A DNA stretch of 64,000 bases from Parcubacteria group bacterium GW2011_GWA2_42_14. Its GTDB lineage: Bacteria; Patescibacteriota; Minisyncoccia; Sungbacterales; GWA2-42-14. Within the stretch, counting starts at the first letter, position 1. Every line of letters begins with the position of its first letter. The stretch lies in contig LCCV01000001.1 in NCBI GenBank assembly GCA_000998135.1, positions 72,958 through 136,957 of the forward strand, read 5' to 3'. The notes below the pieces were generated by a model. That model did not search any database. It saw only the letters and a program-made list of their open reading frames with translations, and was not told where the DNA came from. Position numbers and translations under genes: made by a program. Shown one piece after another: positions 17,418-25,463 of the stretch.

Positions 17418-17699
17418 TTATCTTCGATAAAGATTTTTATACGCCTTATCCCTTCTGTCAATATCGTAAAGAACAATCTCTTCTTTTTTGTAGTCAACCC
17501 AAAAGAACAATCGCCAATCTCCAATCCTAATTTTATGCAATCCTCTAAGGTCTGGCGGTAAATTTCCCATCGGGGCGCCGATGGTTTCTGGATTTAGCGC
17601 CAACTGATCAAGTTTTTCCGCAACTCTTGCCTTATCACCTTGAGTGAGCTTAGAAAAAGGACGCTCAAATGCGAAATGATGCCGGATGCTATAAGCCAT
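17418..17699 (-). CDS. RelE/ParE-family type II toxin
   Basis: KIRIGDWRLFFWVDYKKEEIVLYDIDRRDKAY, the classic RelE/ParE C-terminus. Confidence 0.75.
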   Translation of the reverse strand: MAYSIRHHFAFERPFSKLTQGDKARVAEKLDQLALNPETIGAPMGNLPPDLRGLHKIRIGDWRLFFWVDYKKEEIVLYDIDRRDKAYKNLYRR

Positions 17700-17898
17700 A
17701 TTTTGCTTTTAGTTTTTGCCAGTTTCCGAGGCGTCCACTATTATGCGCTACGCGTAAACGCCTCATTTTTTTAAGAAAATCTTGATTGGTAGCCAATAAA
17801 AAATCTTCCAGCTCGTCCTCTGCCACGCTAAATTTACGCCCTGCCTCTATAATATCCTCAAAGATGTGTTTGGGTATTTGTATAGTGGTTTTTGACAT
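17689..17898 (-). CDS. Antitoxin (ribbon-helix-helix-like) of the adjacent ParE/RelE toxin
   Basis: 11-bp overlap with the toxin. Start at MSKTTIQIPKHIFEDIIE. Confidence 0.6.
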   Translation of the reverse strand: MSKTTIQIPKHIFEDIIEAGRKFSVAEDELEDFLLATNQDFLKKMRRLRVAHNSGRLGNWQKLKAKYGL

Positions 17899-17935
17899 AT
17901 ACAACCATAATATCGAAATAAAATCTTTTGTCAAA

Positions 17936-18490
17936 TCACAACAATGATCTTGATTTTAATAAAACTCCTAAAAAGGAAACTACGGCCAGGGCCGACATTG
18001 TTAAGAACAAAATCTGAAATCCAAATTTTGAAACAACTAATCCGCCGATTACAGCCGCAACGGCAACGGTCAGATTTTCAATCAATTTCCAATCGGCATA
18101 TTCTTCAACATATCTGCCCTTATCAAGGTGTTCCGCAAAAATGGTATCAAATGAGGGGTTACCAACGGCCTCGCCCACACCAAGCAAAATTAGTAATAAA
18201 ATTAGTAAAATAAAATTATTCACAAATGCAAACAATAACCAAGCAATAGCTCTAATCAGATAACCGCTCATTAAAAGATATTCCTTTTCTATAATTCTGT
18301 CGCCAACTTTGGATATCAAAAAAGTGAAAACTGTTGTGGAAATAAGAAAAGTTGCCCAAGAAAGACTAATCACCAAAATACTCTTCTCAAAATTTTGAAT
18401 GAATACTGCATAAAGCGGCCCCAATAGTCCTCCAGCCAAAACAAAAATAGCATTATATAAAAATAAAACTTTTAATGCTTTATTGCCCAT
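17936..18490 (-). CDS. Membrane protein, about 6 transmembrane helices, MFS-half-like, 184 aa
   Basis: Hydrophobic helices throughout. Ends 2 bp before the toxin-antitoxin cassette and may be a truncated transporter. Confidence 0.45.
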   Translation of the reverse strand: MGNKALKVLFLYNAIFVLAGGLLGPLYAVFIQNFEKSILVISLSWATFLISTTVFTFLISKVGDRIIEKEYLLMSGYLIRAIAWLLFAFVNNFILLILLLILLGVGEAVGNPSFDTIFAEHLDKGRYVEEYADWKLIENLTVAVAAVIGGLVVSKFGFQILFLTMSALAVVSFLGVLLKSRSLL

Positions 18491-18534
18491 ATTTTAATGA
18501 TAATACGCTACGCCAAAATTACCAATGGGATAAA

Positions 18535-20583
18535 TCAAGGTTTTGAAATTTTCTTAATCTGATCCCTAATCCGCGCCGCTAACTCGAAGTTCATTTCCTT
18601 TGCAGCCCGCTTCATTTCTCTTTCCAGCGCTTTTAAAACATCTTTTTTCGGGCCTTGCGGAATCAACGGCGCCAACTCTTCCTCCTGACGCCCTTTTGCT
18701 TCTTCAAGCAGTGATTTTCTTATTTCTTTTTGAATTTGTTGGGGGGTAATGCTGTGTTCAGCGTTATAGTCAGCTTGAATTTGGCGACGACGTTCGGTTT
18801 CGCCCATCGCTCTTTTCATGGAATCGGTAACGGTATCTGCATACATAATTACTTCGCCGTTCAAATGGCGCGCGGCCCGACCGGTAATTTGTAAAAGGGT
18901 GCGCTCGTTTCGCAAAAATCCTTCTTTGTCTGCGTCCAATATCGCAATAAAAGAAACCTCCGGCAAATCAAGGCCTTCCCGCAATAAATTAATACCGACA
19001 ACAGCGTCATAATTTCCAAGACGCAGGTCTTTTAAAATTTCCGGCCGGTCAAGGGTTTTGATTTCAGAATGAAGATAAGTTGTTTTAATTCCCGCTTCGG
19101 CCAAATACTCGGCAATATCTTCGGCCAAACGCTTGGTTAAAGCCAATACAAGCGACCTCTCTTTTTTTGCAACGCGCTTTTTTATTTCGCGAATAACATC
19201 TTTGATTTGGCCTGCGGTTTTACGGACTTCAATTTTTGGGTCAAGAAGGCCAGTGGGACGGATTAGTTGCTCTGCTATCGCAACTTCCGACTTCCGACTT
19301 CCAGCTTCCAACTTTTTGCACACACTCATTTTTAGCTCGTAATCTGCTGGCGTTGCCGAAACATAAATAATCGGCCCGACTTTTTTGTTAAATTCCGGAA
19401 ATTTAAGAGGACGGTTATCTATTGCCGAAGGCAAGCGAAAACCGTATTCCACAAGGGTTTTTTTACGGGCAAAATCGCCTTCATACATTCCTCTTAACTG
19501 CGGAACGGTTGCGTGCGATTCGTCTATGAAACAGAGCCAGTTTTTGGAGACCGGGACTCCTAAGGAGTCCCGGTCTCCTTGTTGACCATAAGCATAATTA
19601 AAATAATCAATCAATGTATAAGGCGGGCTTCCCGGCTCGCGAAAAGAAAGGTGGCGCGAATAATTTTCAATGCCATTGCAATATCCAGTTTCTTTAAGCA
19701 TCTCCATATCAAAGTTGGTACGCTCGGCCAATCTTTGCGCTTCAAGAAGCTTTCCTGATTTTTTAAAATAGGCAACGCGCTCTTTTGCTTCCTGCTTGAT
19801 GTTTTTGATAGCAAGCTCCAGTTTTTGACGGGGAGTAACGAAGTGTTTGGCGGGGAAAATTTTAATAGGGTTTGGGGTATAGGGTTTAGGGTTTAGGGTG
19901 CCGACTTTTCTTACGGTAATTTTTTCAATGCTGTTGCCGGAAAATTCTACAACTATTATTTCTTCGCCGGAGGGAGAATGGATTTCAACCATATCTCCGC
20001 GGATACGGAATTCCCCTTGTCTGGGGTCAAAATCATTACGATGATACTGCAAAAGCACTAAATAGCGAGCAACTTCGCGTGGAGAAATTTTCTGGCCGAT
20101 TTTCAATTCGTTTGCCACTTTTTCATATTCTTCCGGGTCCCCAATTCCGTAAATGCAAGAAACAGAAGCAACAATAATTACATCATTACGAGTAAGTAAA
20201 CTTGCAGTTGAAGCATGACGCAAACCGTCAATCAATTCATTGATTTTGGCATCTTTTTCAATATAGGTATCGGTTGAAGGAATATAGGCCTCTGGCTGAT
20301 AATAATCATAATAAGAAACAAAATAATGCATCGCGCTCTCCGGAAAAAATTCCTTGAATTCCTGATACAATTGCGCGGCCAGGGTTTTATTGTGAGAAAT
20401 AACAAGCGTTGGTTTTTGCACGCGCTCAATCACGTTAGCCATGGTGAATGTTTTGCCCGAACCGGTAACGCCGAGGAGAGTCTGGCGCAACACCCCCATA
20501 TCCAAATTTGCCACGAGCTTTTCAATGGCTTGTGGTTGGTCCCCCATGGGTTTAAATTTTGAAACGAGTTTGAAGCTTGGCAT
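18535..20583 (-). CDS. uvrB: Excinuclease ABC subunit B (UvrB), carrying in-frame palindrome and simple-repeat insertions
   Basis: N-terminal KPMGDQPQAIEKLV; helicase motifs GVTGSGKT and FIDESHATVPQ; C-terminal UvrB/UvrC interaction region. Confidence 0.9.
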   Translation of the reverse strand: MPSFKLVSKFKPMGDQPQAIEKLVANLDMGVLRQTLLGVTGSGKTFTMANVIERVQKPTLVISHNKTLAAQLYQEFKEFFPESAMHYFVSYYDYYQPEAYIPSTDTYIEKDAKINELIDGLRHASTASLLTRNDVIIVASVSCIYGIGDPEEYEKVANELKIGQKISPREVARYLVLLQYHRNDFDPRQGEFRIRGDMVEIHSPSGEEIIVVEFSGNSIEKITVRKVGTLNPKPYTPNPIKIFPAKHFVTPRQKLELAIKNIKQEAKERVAYFKKSGKLLEAQRLAERTNFDMEMLKETGYCNGIENYSRHLSFREPGSPPYTLIDYFNYAYGQQGDRDSLGVPVSKNWLCFIDESHATVPQLRGMYEGDFARKKTLVEYGFRLPSAIDNRPLKFPEFNKKVGPIIYVSATPADYELKMSVCKKLEAGSRKSEVAIAEQLIRPTGLLDPKIEVRKTAGQIKDVIREIKKRVAKKERSLVLALTKRLAEDIAEYLAEAGIKTTYLHSEIKTLDRPEILKDLRLGNYDAVVGINLLREGLDLPEVSFIAILDADKEGFLRNERTLLQITGRAARHLNGEVIMYADTVTDSMKRAMGETERRRQIQADYNAEHSITPQQIQKEIRKSLLEEAKGRQEEELAPLIPQGPKKDVLKALEREMKRAAKEMNFELAARIRDQIKKISKP
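19546..19578. repeat. Perfect 33-bp palindrome (ggagaccgggactcc taa ggagtcccggtctcc) inserted in frame in uvrB and translated as GDRDSLGVPVS
   Basis: Seen directly. It lies just before the conserved FIDESH helicase motif. Confidence 0.8.
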
Positions 20584-20642
20584 TTTTATTATTTTTACTA
20601 ATATTAATACGCTTCATTGACAAAACAAAAAGGGCACAAAAG

Positions 20643-21215
20643 ATGAGAAAATTTAACGCAATCCTAGTAATCTCTTGTATCCTATTCTTAATTTTGGCGG
20701 TTGGATTGATTCCAATAAACTCTGCCTCCGCCAACGAACCTGGCCCCGACTTCAAAAACTGGACCAAGTCGCGTGAGTGGGTAGAACAAAATGATGTTGA
20801 TATCGTCAAAAGAACATTTCAAGGCCCGAGCAATCACGATAACGAAGTATTTACCCTTTCCCTAAGAACAGAAAAAAATGAAACCCTATTCAAAGAATGG
20901 GACTATAAACAAAAGGGTTCGATTAAATCCGCTCTCCGCCTCCCCAGCGGGGAATGGTTTGTGGGAGATACGGGGAAGAGGGTAGATATACATATGGAAC
21001 TAGGCCTGTTCGGTTACAATCTATTTATTCATGTGTTTAAGTTAGAAAATAAGTGGTTTGCAAAATGCAAGAAAGAAAATGAGGAAATGAAAAAGAAGCA
21101 AGCGTGGCCATGGAGTAAGGTTGAAAGCGAAGACTGCAACAAATTTCTCGATGATAAAAAATACAACGGTATGTATATTTCAATTCCGGTTCGAAAATAC
21201 GACTGGAAAGAGTAA
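20643..21215 (+). CDS. Secreted or membrane-anchored hypothetical protein
   Basis: Signal peptide or transmembrane anchor MRKFNAILVISCILFLILAVGL. A terminator hairpin (gccggtaccactgccggc + T-run) follows at 21225-21255. Confidence 0.5.
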   Translation: MRKFNAILVISCILFLILAVGLIPINSASANEPGPDFKNWTKSREWVEQNDVDIVKRTFQGPSNHDNEVFTLSLRTEKNETLFKEWDYKQKGSIKSALRLPSGEWFVGDTGKRVDIHMELGLFGYNLFIHVFKLENKWFAKCKKENEEMKKKQAWPWSKVESEDCNKFLDDKKYNGMYISIPVRKYDWKE

Positions 21216-21303
21216 TTTCGAACCCCTGCCGGTACCACTGCCGGCTTTTTGTTTGGCCTAAAAATGCTATACTAAAAGATAGATTCGTAATTCATAGGAA
21301 TAC

Positions 21304-21891
21304 ATGATTTCTATCATTGAAGGCACAATTGAGTTCAAGGCGCAAAAATCTGTGGTGGTAAAAACTGTAAGCGGGGTTGGTTATAAAATTTTTGCGCCCG
21401 AAGAAACTCTACATAAAATACCAGAAAAAGGGGCTTCCGTCAAATTGTGGACGCATTTATATGTTCGCGAAGATGCTCTTGAACTTTACGGATTTATTCA
21501 TTTTGCCGAACTTGAACTCTTTGAAACGCTCATTGGTATTTCTGGAATTGGTCCAAAGGGGGCTTTGGGCGTTTTAGGGATTGCCCCGGTTGATACTTTA
21601 AAAAAGGCCATTGCCACCGGAGACACTTCGTATTTAACCCGCGTATCCGGCATCGGCAGAAAGACCGCGGAAAAAATTGTTTTGGAATTAAAAGAAAAAA
21701 TGGCCGGCAAAGGAATTTCCACCATGGAAGCGCCGGAGCTCAAAGAAGAGGCTGACGCACTTGACGCCCTAATTCAACTCGGCTATTCACAGCGCGAAGC
21801 TCGCGAAGCATTGCAACAAGTGCCCAAAGAAATAACCGGAACGGAAAAACGCCTGAAAGAAGTACTAAAAATGTTAGGCTCGAAAAAATGA
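21304..21891 (+). CDS. ruvA: Holliday junction branch migration protein RuvA
   Basis: MISIIEGTIE...; the helix-hairpin-helix pair IGISGIGPKGAL and VSGIGRKTAEKI. Confidence 0.9.
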   Translation: MISIIEGTIEFKAQKSVVVKTVSGVGYKIFAPEETLHKIPEKGASVKLWTHLYVREDALELYGFIHFAELELFETLIGISGIGPKGALGVLGIAPVDTLKKAIATGDTSYLTRVSGIGRKTAEKIVLELKEKMAGKGISTMEAPELKEEADALDALIQLGYSQREAREALQQVPKEITGTEKRLKEVLKMLGSKK

Positions 21892-21907
21892 GTATTGACT
21901 GACTTTA

Positions 21908-21953
21908 GCAACACTCGGTGTTGCTTACTATAAGCAACACCGAGTGTTGCTAA
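21908..21953. repeat. Two tandem copies of the palindrome agcaacactcggtgttgct. A third copy (agcaacactcagtgttg) lies at 10096-10112. A terminator hairpin (aaccgcctattggcggtt) follows.
   Basis: Seen directly at gene 3' ends. Confidence 0.6.
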
Positions 21954-22065
21954 AACAAAACCGCCTATTGGCGGTTTACTACTGCGGACAATTAAATGTT
22001 ATGCAACGTAATATTATAGTGCTGAAGCCAGACGGCCTCCGCGGCCTCACCTGACGCAATAACGG

Positions 22066-22425
22066 CTAATTCATTGTTTTTAAGCATATCACAACCAATT
22101 CATACGTATGAAATTCCTTGGAAACAGAACCACCGGGAACCGCAAAAACAATCCGCGCCCACATGGTATCGGAACATTTCAAGCGAACAGGCGAGTGGAC
22201 ACCGCCGGTTAATTCATTGAATTCTTCCGGGGTTCGTATGGCAACCGTAACGCCGGGGTCATGGTTTCGCAAAAAAACTTCAGTCACATAACCAAGCCAT
22301 GGTTTCCCTTCGTCAACAGCGTGCTTAATGTCAATCGGGTCAAGCGTTATCAAAACCATGTTTCCCGGTTTAACCGGAAATTCATTCATTAAAATTCGCT
22401 CGCTTTCCGAAACGATTCCGCTCAT
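22066..22425 (-). CDS. Hypothetical protein, about 120 aa
   Basis: Start chosen at MSGIVSESERI. No confident domain assignment. Confidence 0.4.
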   Translation of the reverse strand: MSGIVSESERILMNEFPVKPGNMVLITLDPIDIKHAVDEGKPWLGYVTEVFLRNHDPGVTVAIRTPEEFNELTGGVHSPVRLKCSDTMWARIVFAVPGGSVSKEFHTYELVVICLKTMN

Positions 22426-22482
22426 TTTCCAACCGCTTTTTTTATTAAAGAAGGTATAACCAGCATAATAAAAATAAAAAAA

Positions 22483-23391
22483 ATGCAAGAGTTCGCAAAT
22501 TCAAAACCCAATATAACTCACTCTTTCTTGCAATCCTACGAATGGGAAAAATTGCAGGAAGCGCTAGGCAGAAAAAACTGGCGCATTGAAGGGCACTTGG
22601 TAATTCAGCACGACCTGCCGCAGGGTTTTAATTATCTTTACGCCCCGCACCTGCCGCATCTTACCGACCAATTTTTGCACCAAATCAGGAATATCGCGCT
22701 CCAAGAAAAATCGCTATTTCTTAAAATTGACCCGCACGGAAAAACCGAGGAATGGGAAATGGATATAAGGGGCTGGCAATTTTCTGATTTCCTGCAGCCG
22801 CAAAAAACAATCATTCTTGATTTAACCAAAACCGAAAATGAACTGCTGAAGGAAATGCATCCCAAAACCCGCTATAACGTGCATCTCGCGGAAAAACACG
22901 GCGTAAATGTTTTCAAATGTAAAACCCATGATATAAAAGAGCATCTTGATATGTTTTGGGACCTGCTTACCGAAACTGCCGGCCGCGACGTTTTCCATCT
23001 TCATGTAAAGCATTACTATCAAAAATTGCTGACACTGCAGGGGCAAAATTTTTCCAATCGCCTTGTTGTGGCCGAGCACCGCGGCAAAGCTCTGGCGGCT
23101 GCCATTATCAATTATTACCACGATACAGCCACTTATTTACACGGAGCATCTGCTTCAATCAACCGCGAAATAATGGCCCCGCACCTTCTGCATTGGAAAA
23201 TAATTCAGGACGCCAAAAAGGACGGTTTTAAAAAATACGACCTCTGGGGAATTGACGAAGAAAAATGGCCCGGTGTTACGCGATTCAAACTTGGATTCGG
23301 CGGACAGGTAATTGAATATCCGCGGTCAATAGACATTATTTTCAGACCGATGTGGTATAGAGCGTATAAAGTATTAAGAAAAATTGTTTAA
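22483..23391 (+). CDS. FemAB-family peptidoglycan bridge-formation aminoacyltransferase
   Basis: 302 aa with FemABX-like GNAT-duplication architecture (LTKTENELLKEMHPKTRYNVHLAEKHGV, ATYLHGAS, KYDLWGI). Confidence 0.65.
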   Translation: MQEFANSKPNITHSFLQSYEWEKLQEALGRKNWRIEGHLVIQHDLPQGFNYLYAPHLPHLTDQFLHQIRNIALQEKSLFLKIDPHGKTEEWEMDIRGWQFSDFLQPQKTIILDLTKTENELLKEMHPKTRYNVHLAEKHGVNVFKCKTHDIKEHLDMFWDLLTETAGRDVFHLHVKHYYQKLLTLQGQNFSNRLVVAEHRGKALAAAIINYYHDTATYLHGASASINREIMAPHLLHWKIIQDAKKDGFKKYDLWGIDEEKWPGVTRFKLGFGGQVIEYPRSIDIIFRPMWYRAYKVLRKIV

Positions 23392-23466
23392 TCAACCAAC
23401 AACCGACAACCCACAACTAACAACACATGTTGTAAGTTGTAAGTTGTAAGTTGTAAGTTACAAGGG

Positions 23467-23961
23467 TTGGCTTGGTGGGACCAATTAACTGAATTTTTAT
23501 ACAGGTCAAATCCGGGCAAGGAACCGGCCCCGCCTTCCAGTCCTCAAAATCTAATGGAAGCGGTCAGGCGCGTCTTTATAACAGAGGCCATTGACTGGCT
23601 TTATTTCGCCCTTTCTTTTTTTACTCAATTTTATTTCTGGTCAATCGCTTTTTTATTTTTTTCAGGCAGAGGTGGATATTATTTTATTTCAACCAAACTC
23701 TTAGGAGCTATTTCCGAACCATACTTGGGGGCCGTGGGTATTTACGTAATTTTAAAAGAAATCAGAAAAAGAAAAATAGCGCGGGAATCGCGCCATTACG
23801 GAGAAATATATGTGTGGCTATGGCTGATTTTGCTTCTTAGCAGTTCCTCTCTTGTATTGCTTACTAAAAATTTTCATTTTGATACTATTATGAGATTGAT
23901 TATAACCAACAGCTTGGCTTCGTTAGTAATTTATATTGCGGGAAAAATACATAGGCCATAA
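23467..23961 (+). CDS. Membrane protein, hypothetical
   Basis: Three to four hydrophobic helices. Confidence 0.4.
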   Translation: MAWWDQLTEFLYRSNPGKEPAPPSSPQNLMEAVRRVFITEAIDWLYFALSFFTQFYFWSIAFLFFSGRGGYYFISTKLLGAISEPYLGAVGIYVILKEIRKRKIARESRHYGEIYVWLWLILLLSSSSLVLLTKNFHFDTIMRLIITNSLASLVIYIAGKIHRP

Positions 23962-23999
23962 AACGAAATTTTCAATTTTTAATTTCCAAACAACTTTCA

Positions 24000-25427
24000 A
24001 TGAATCAATTTTTTGGTATTTTTAAAAAAATAATTCCGCGGTCATTAGCGGTTTTTTTTCGACCTGCTTATCACTACATTTTAGCATTGCTGGCGGCAAT
24101 TTTTTATTGGTTTCCTTCACAAAATCTTATTGTTATAGGTGTTACGGGCACCAATGGCAAATCAACCGTTGTGGAACTAATTCACGCGATTTTAACCGAA
24201 GCCGGATTTAAAACCGGCTCAATTTCGTCCTTGCGGTTTAAAATCGGAAACAAAGAACAACAAAACAAACTAAAAATGACCATGCCGGGAAGATTTGCCT
24301 TGCAAAAATTCCTGCGGGAAAGCGTTTCCGCCGGATGCGAATACGCAGTTTTGGAAGTAACTTCAGAAGGAATAAAACAATACCGCAACAAATTCATAAA
24401 ATTTGATGTAGCAGTTATAACTAATGTTACTCCGGAACATATTGAATCCCACGGAAGTTTTGAAAATTACTTAGCGGCAAAAATGAAGCTTTTTGAACAG
24501 GTTTCGTGTTCAAGACCCGACCTTTTTCGTTCAAGGTCGGGTCTTAACGACGGCGTTTTAATCATCAACAGCGACGACCCCAATGCCCAAAAATTTCTGC
24601 AATTCCCGGCTAATGTAAAATATGTTTATAATTCGGGTTTTATTAGTATAGAAAAAAATGGTTCCACACAAAAAATCTCGCTCACCGAAAAACTGGTAAC
24701 TCCGGAAAGAATAAGTTTTAAACTGCAAAATACGGTAATTTCTTCGCGCTTAATCGGCGAATTTAATTTTTATAATATTTTAGCGGCGGTTTCAATAGCC
24801 ATCTCTCAAAATATCGGCTTGGAAAAGATAAAAACGGCTTTGGCAAAAATTTATGGAATTCCTGGCCGTCTTGAATTTGTGCAAAAAAAACCATTTGCGG
24901 TAGTAGTGGATTATGCTCACACGCCAGACGCGTTGCGTAAGGTTTACGAAACATTAAAAGAAACATGTCTCATGTCCCATGTCCCCTGTCGCATGATTTG
25001 TGTTCTTGGTTCAGCCGGAGGAGGCAGAGACAAATGGAAAAGGCCGGAGATGGGTAAAATTGCCGCGGAGTTTTGCGATGAAATTATTTTAACCAATGAA
25101 GACCCCTACGATGAGAGCCCTCTCGATATTATAAAAGATATTGAGAAAGGGTTCTCGTCGAAATCCCAAATCCAAAAATTTGCCTTCTCGGCAAATTCCG
25201 GGGCTTCGCCCGTTGAAAGCCAAATTGTTGGCTTTCAACCCAAATCCCAAACCATAATTAATAGGCGGGAAGCCATACGCGAAGCCATAAAATCGGCAAG
25301 GGTTGGAGATACCGTTATAATTACCGGCAAAGGCGCCGAGCCCTACATCATGGGTCCGAATAACACAAAAATTCCCTGGGACGATAGAAAAATAGTTCAA
25401 GATATATTGGAAAATGTAAAAAAGTAA
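24000..25427 (+). CDS. Mur-ligase-family protein (MurE/MurF-like UDP-N-acetylmuramoyl-peptide ligase) with an in-frame repeat insertion at 25165-25253
   Basis: P-loop VIGVTGTNGKSTV; Mur ligase C-terminal domain (VGDTVIITGKGAE). The same repeat is found in tsaE. Confidence 0.75.
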   Translation: MNQFFGIFKKIIPRSLAVFFRPAYHYILALLAAIFYWFPSQNLIVIGVTGTNGKSTVVELIHAILTEAGFKTGSISSLRFKIGNKEQQNKLKMTMPGRFALQKFLRESVSAGCEYAVLEVTSEGIKQYRNKFIKFDVAVITNVTPEHIESHGSFENYLAAKMKLFEQVSCSRPDLFRSRSGLNDGVLIINSDDPNAQKFLQFPANVKYVYNSGFISIEKNGSTQKISLTEKLVTPERISFKLQNTVISSRLIGEFNFYNILAAVSIAISQNIGLEKIKTALAKIYGIPGRLEFVQKKPFAVVVDYAHTPDALRKVYETLKETCLMSHVPCRMICVLGSAGGGRDKWKRPEMGKIAAEFCDEIILTNEDPYDESPLDIIKDIEKGFSSKSQIQKFAFSANSGASPVESQIVGFQPKSQTIINRREAIREAIKSARVGDTVIITGKGAEPYIMGPNNTKIPWDDRKIVQDILENVKK

Positions 25428-25458
25428 AAACCCGCGAGAAATCGCGGGGTTTATTTTA
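25428..25458. terminator. Bidirectional terminator (aaacccgcgagaaatcgcggggttt + T-run) between convergent genes
   Basis: Seen directly. Confidence 0.7.
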
Positions 25459-25463
25459 AAAAA

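Noticed and set aside
23393-23465. Tandem (gttgtaa)x4 and similar arrays as a possible CRISPR
   Set aside because: The units are 5-7 nt with no spacers, the arrays are palindromic with their reverse-complement halves, and there are no cas genes.
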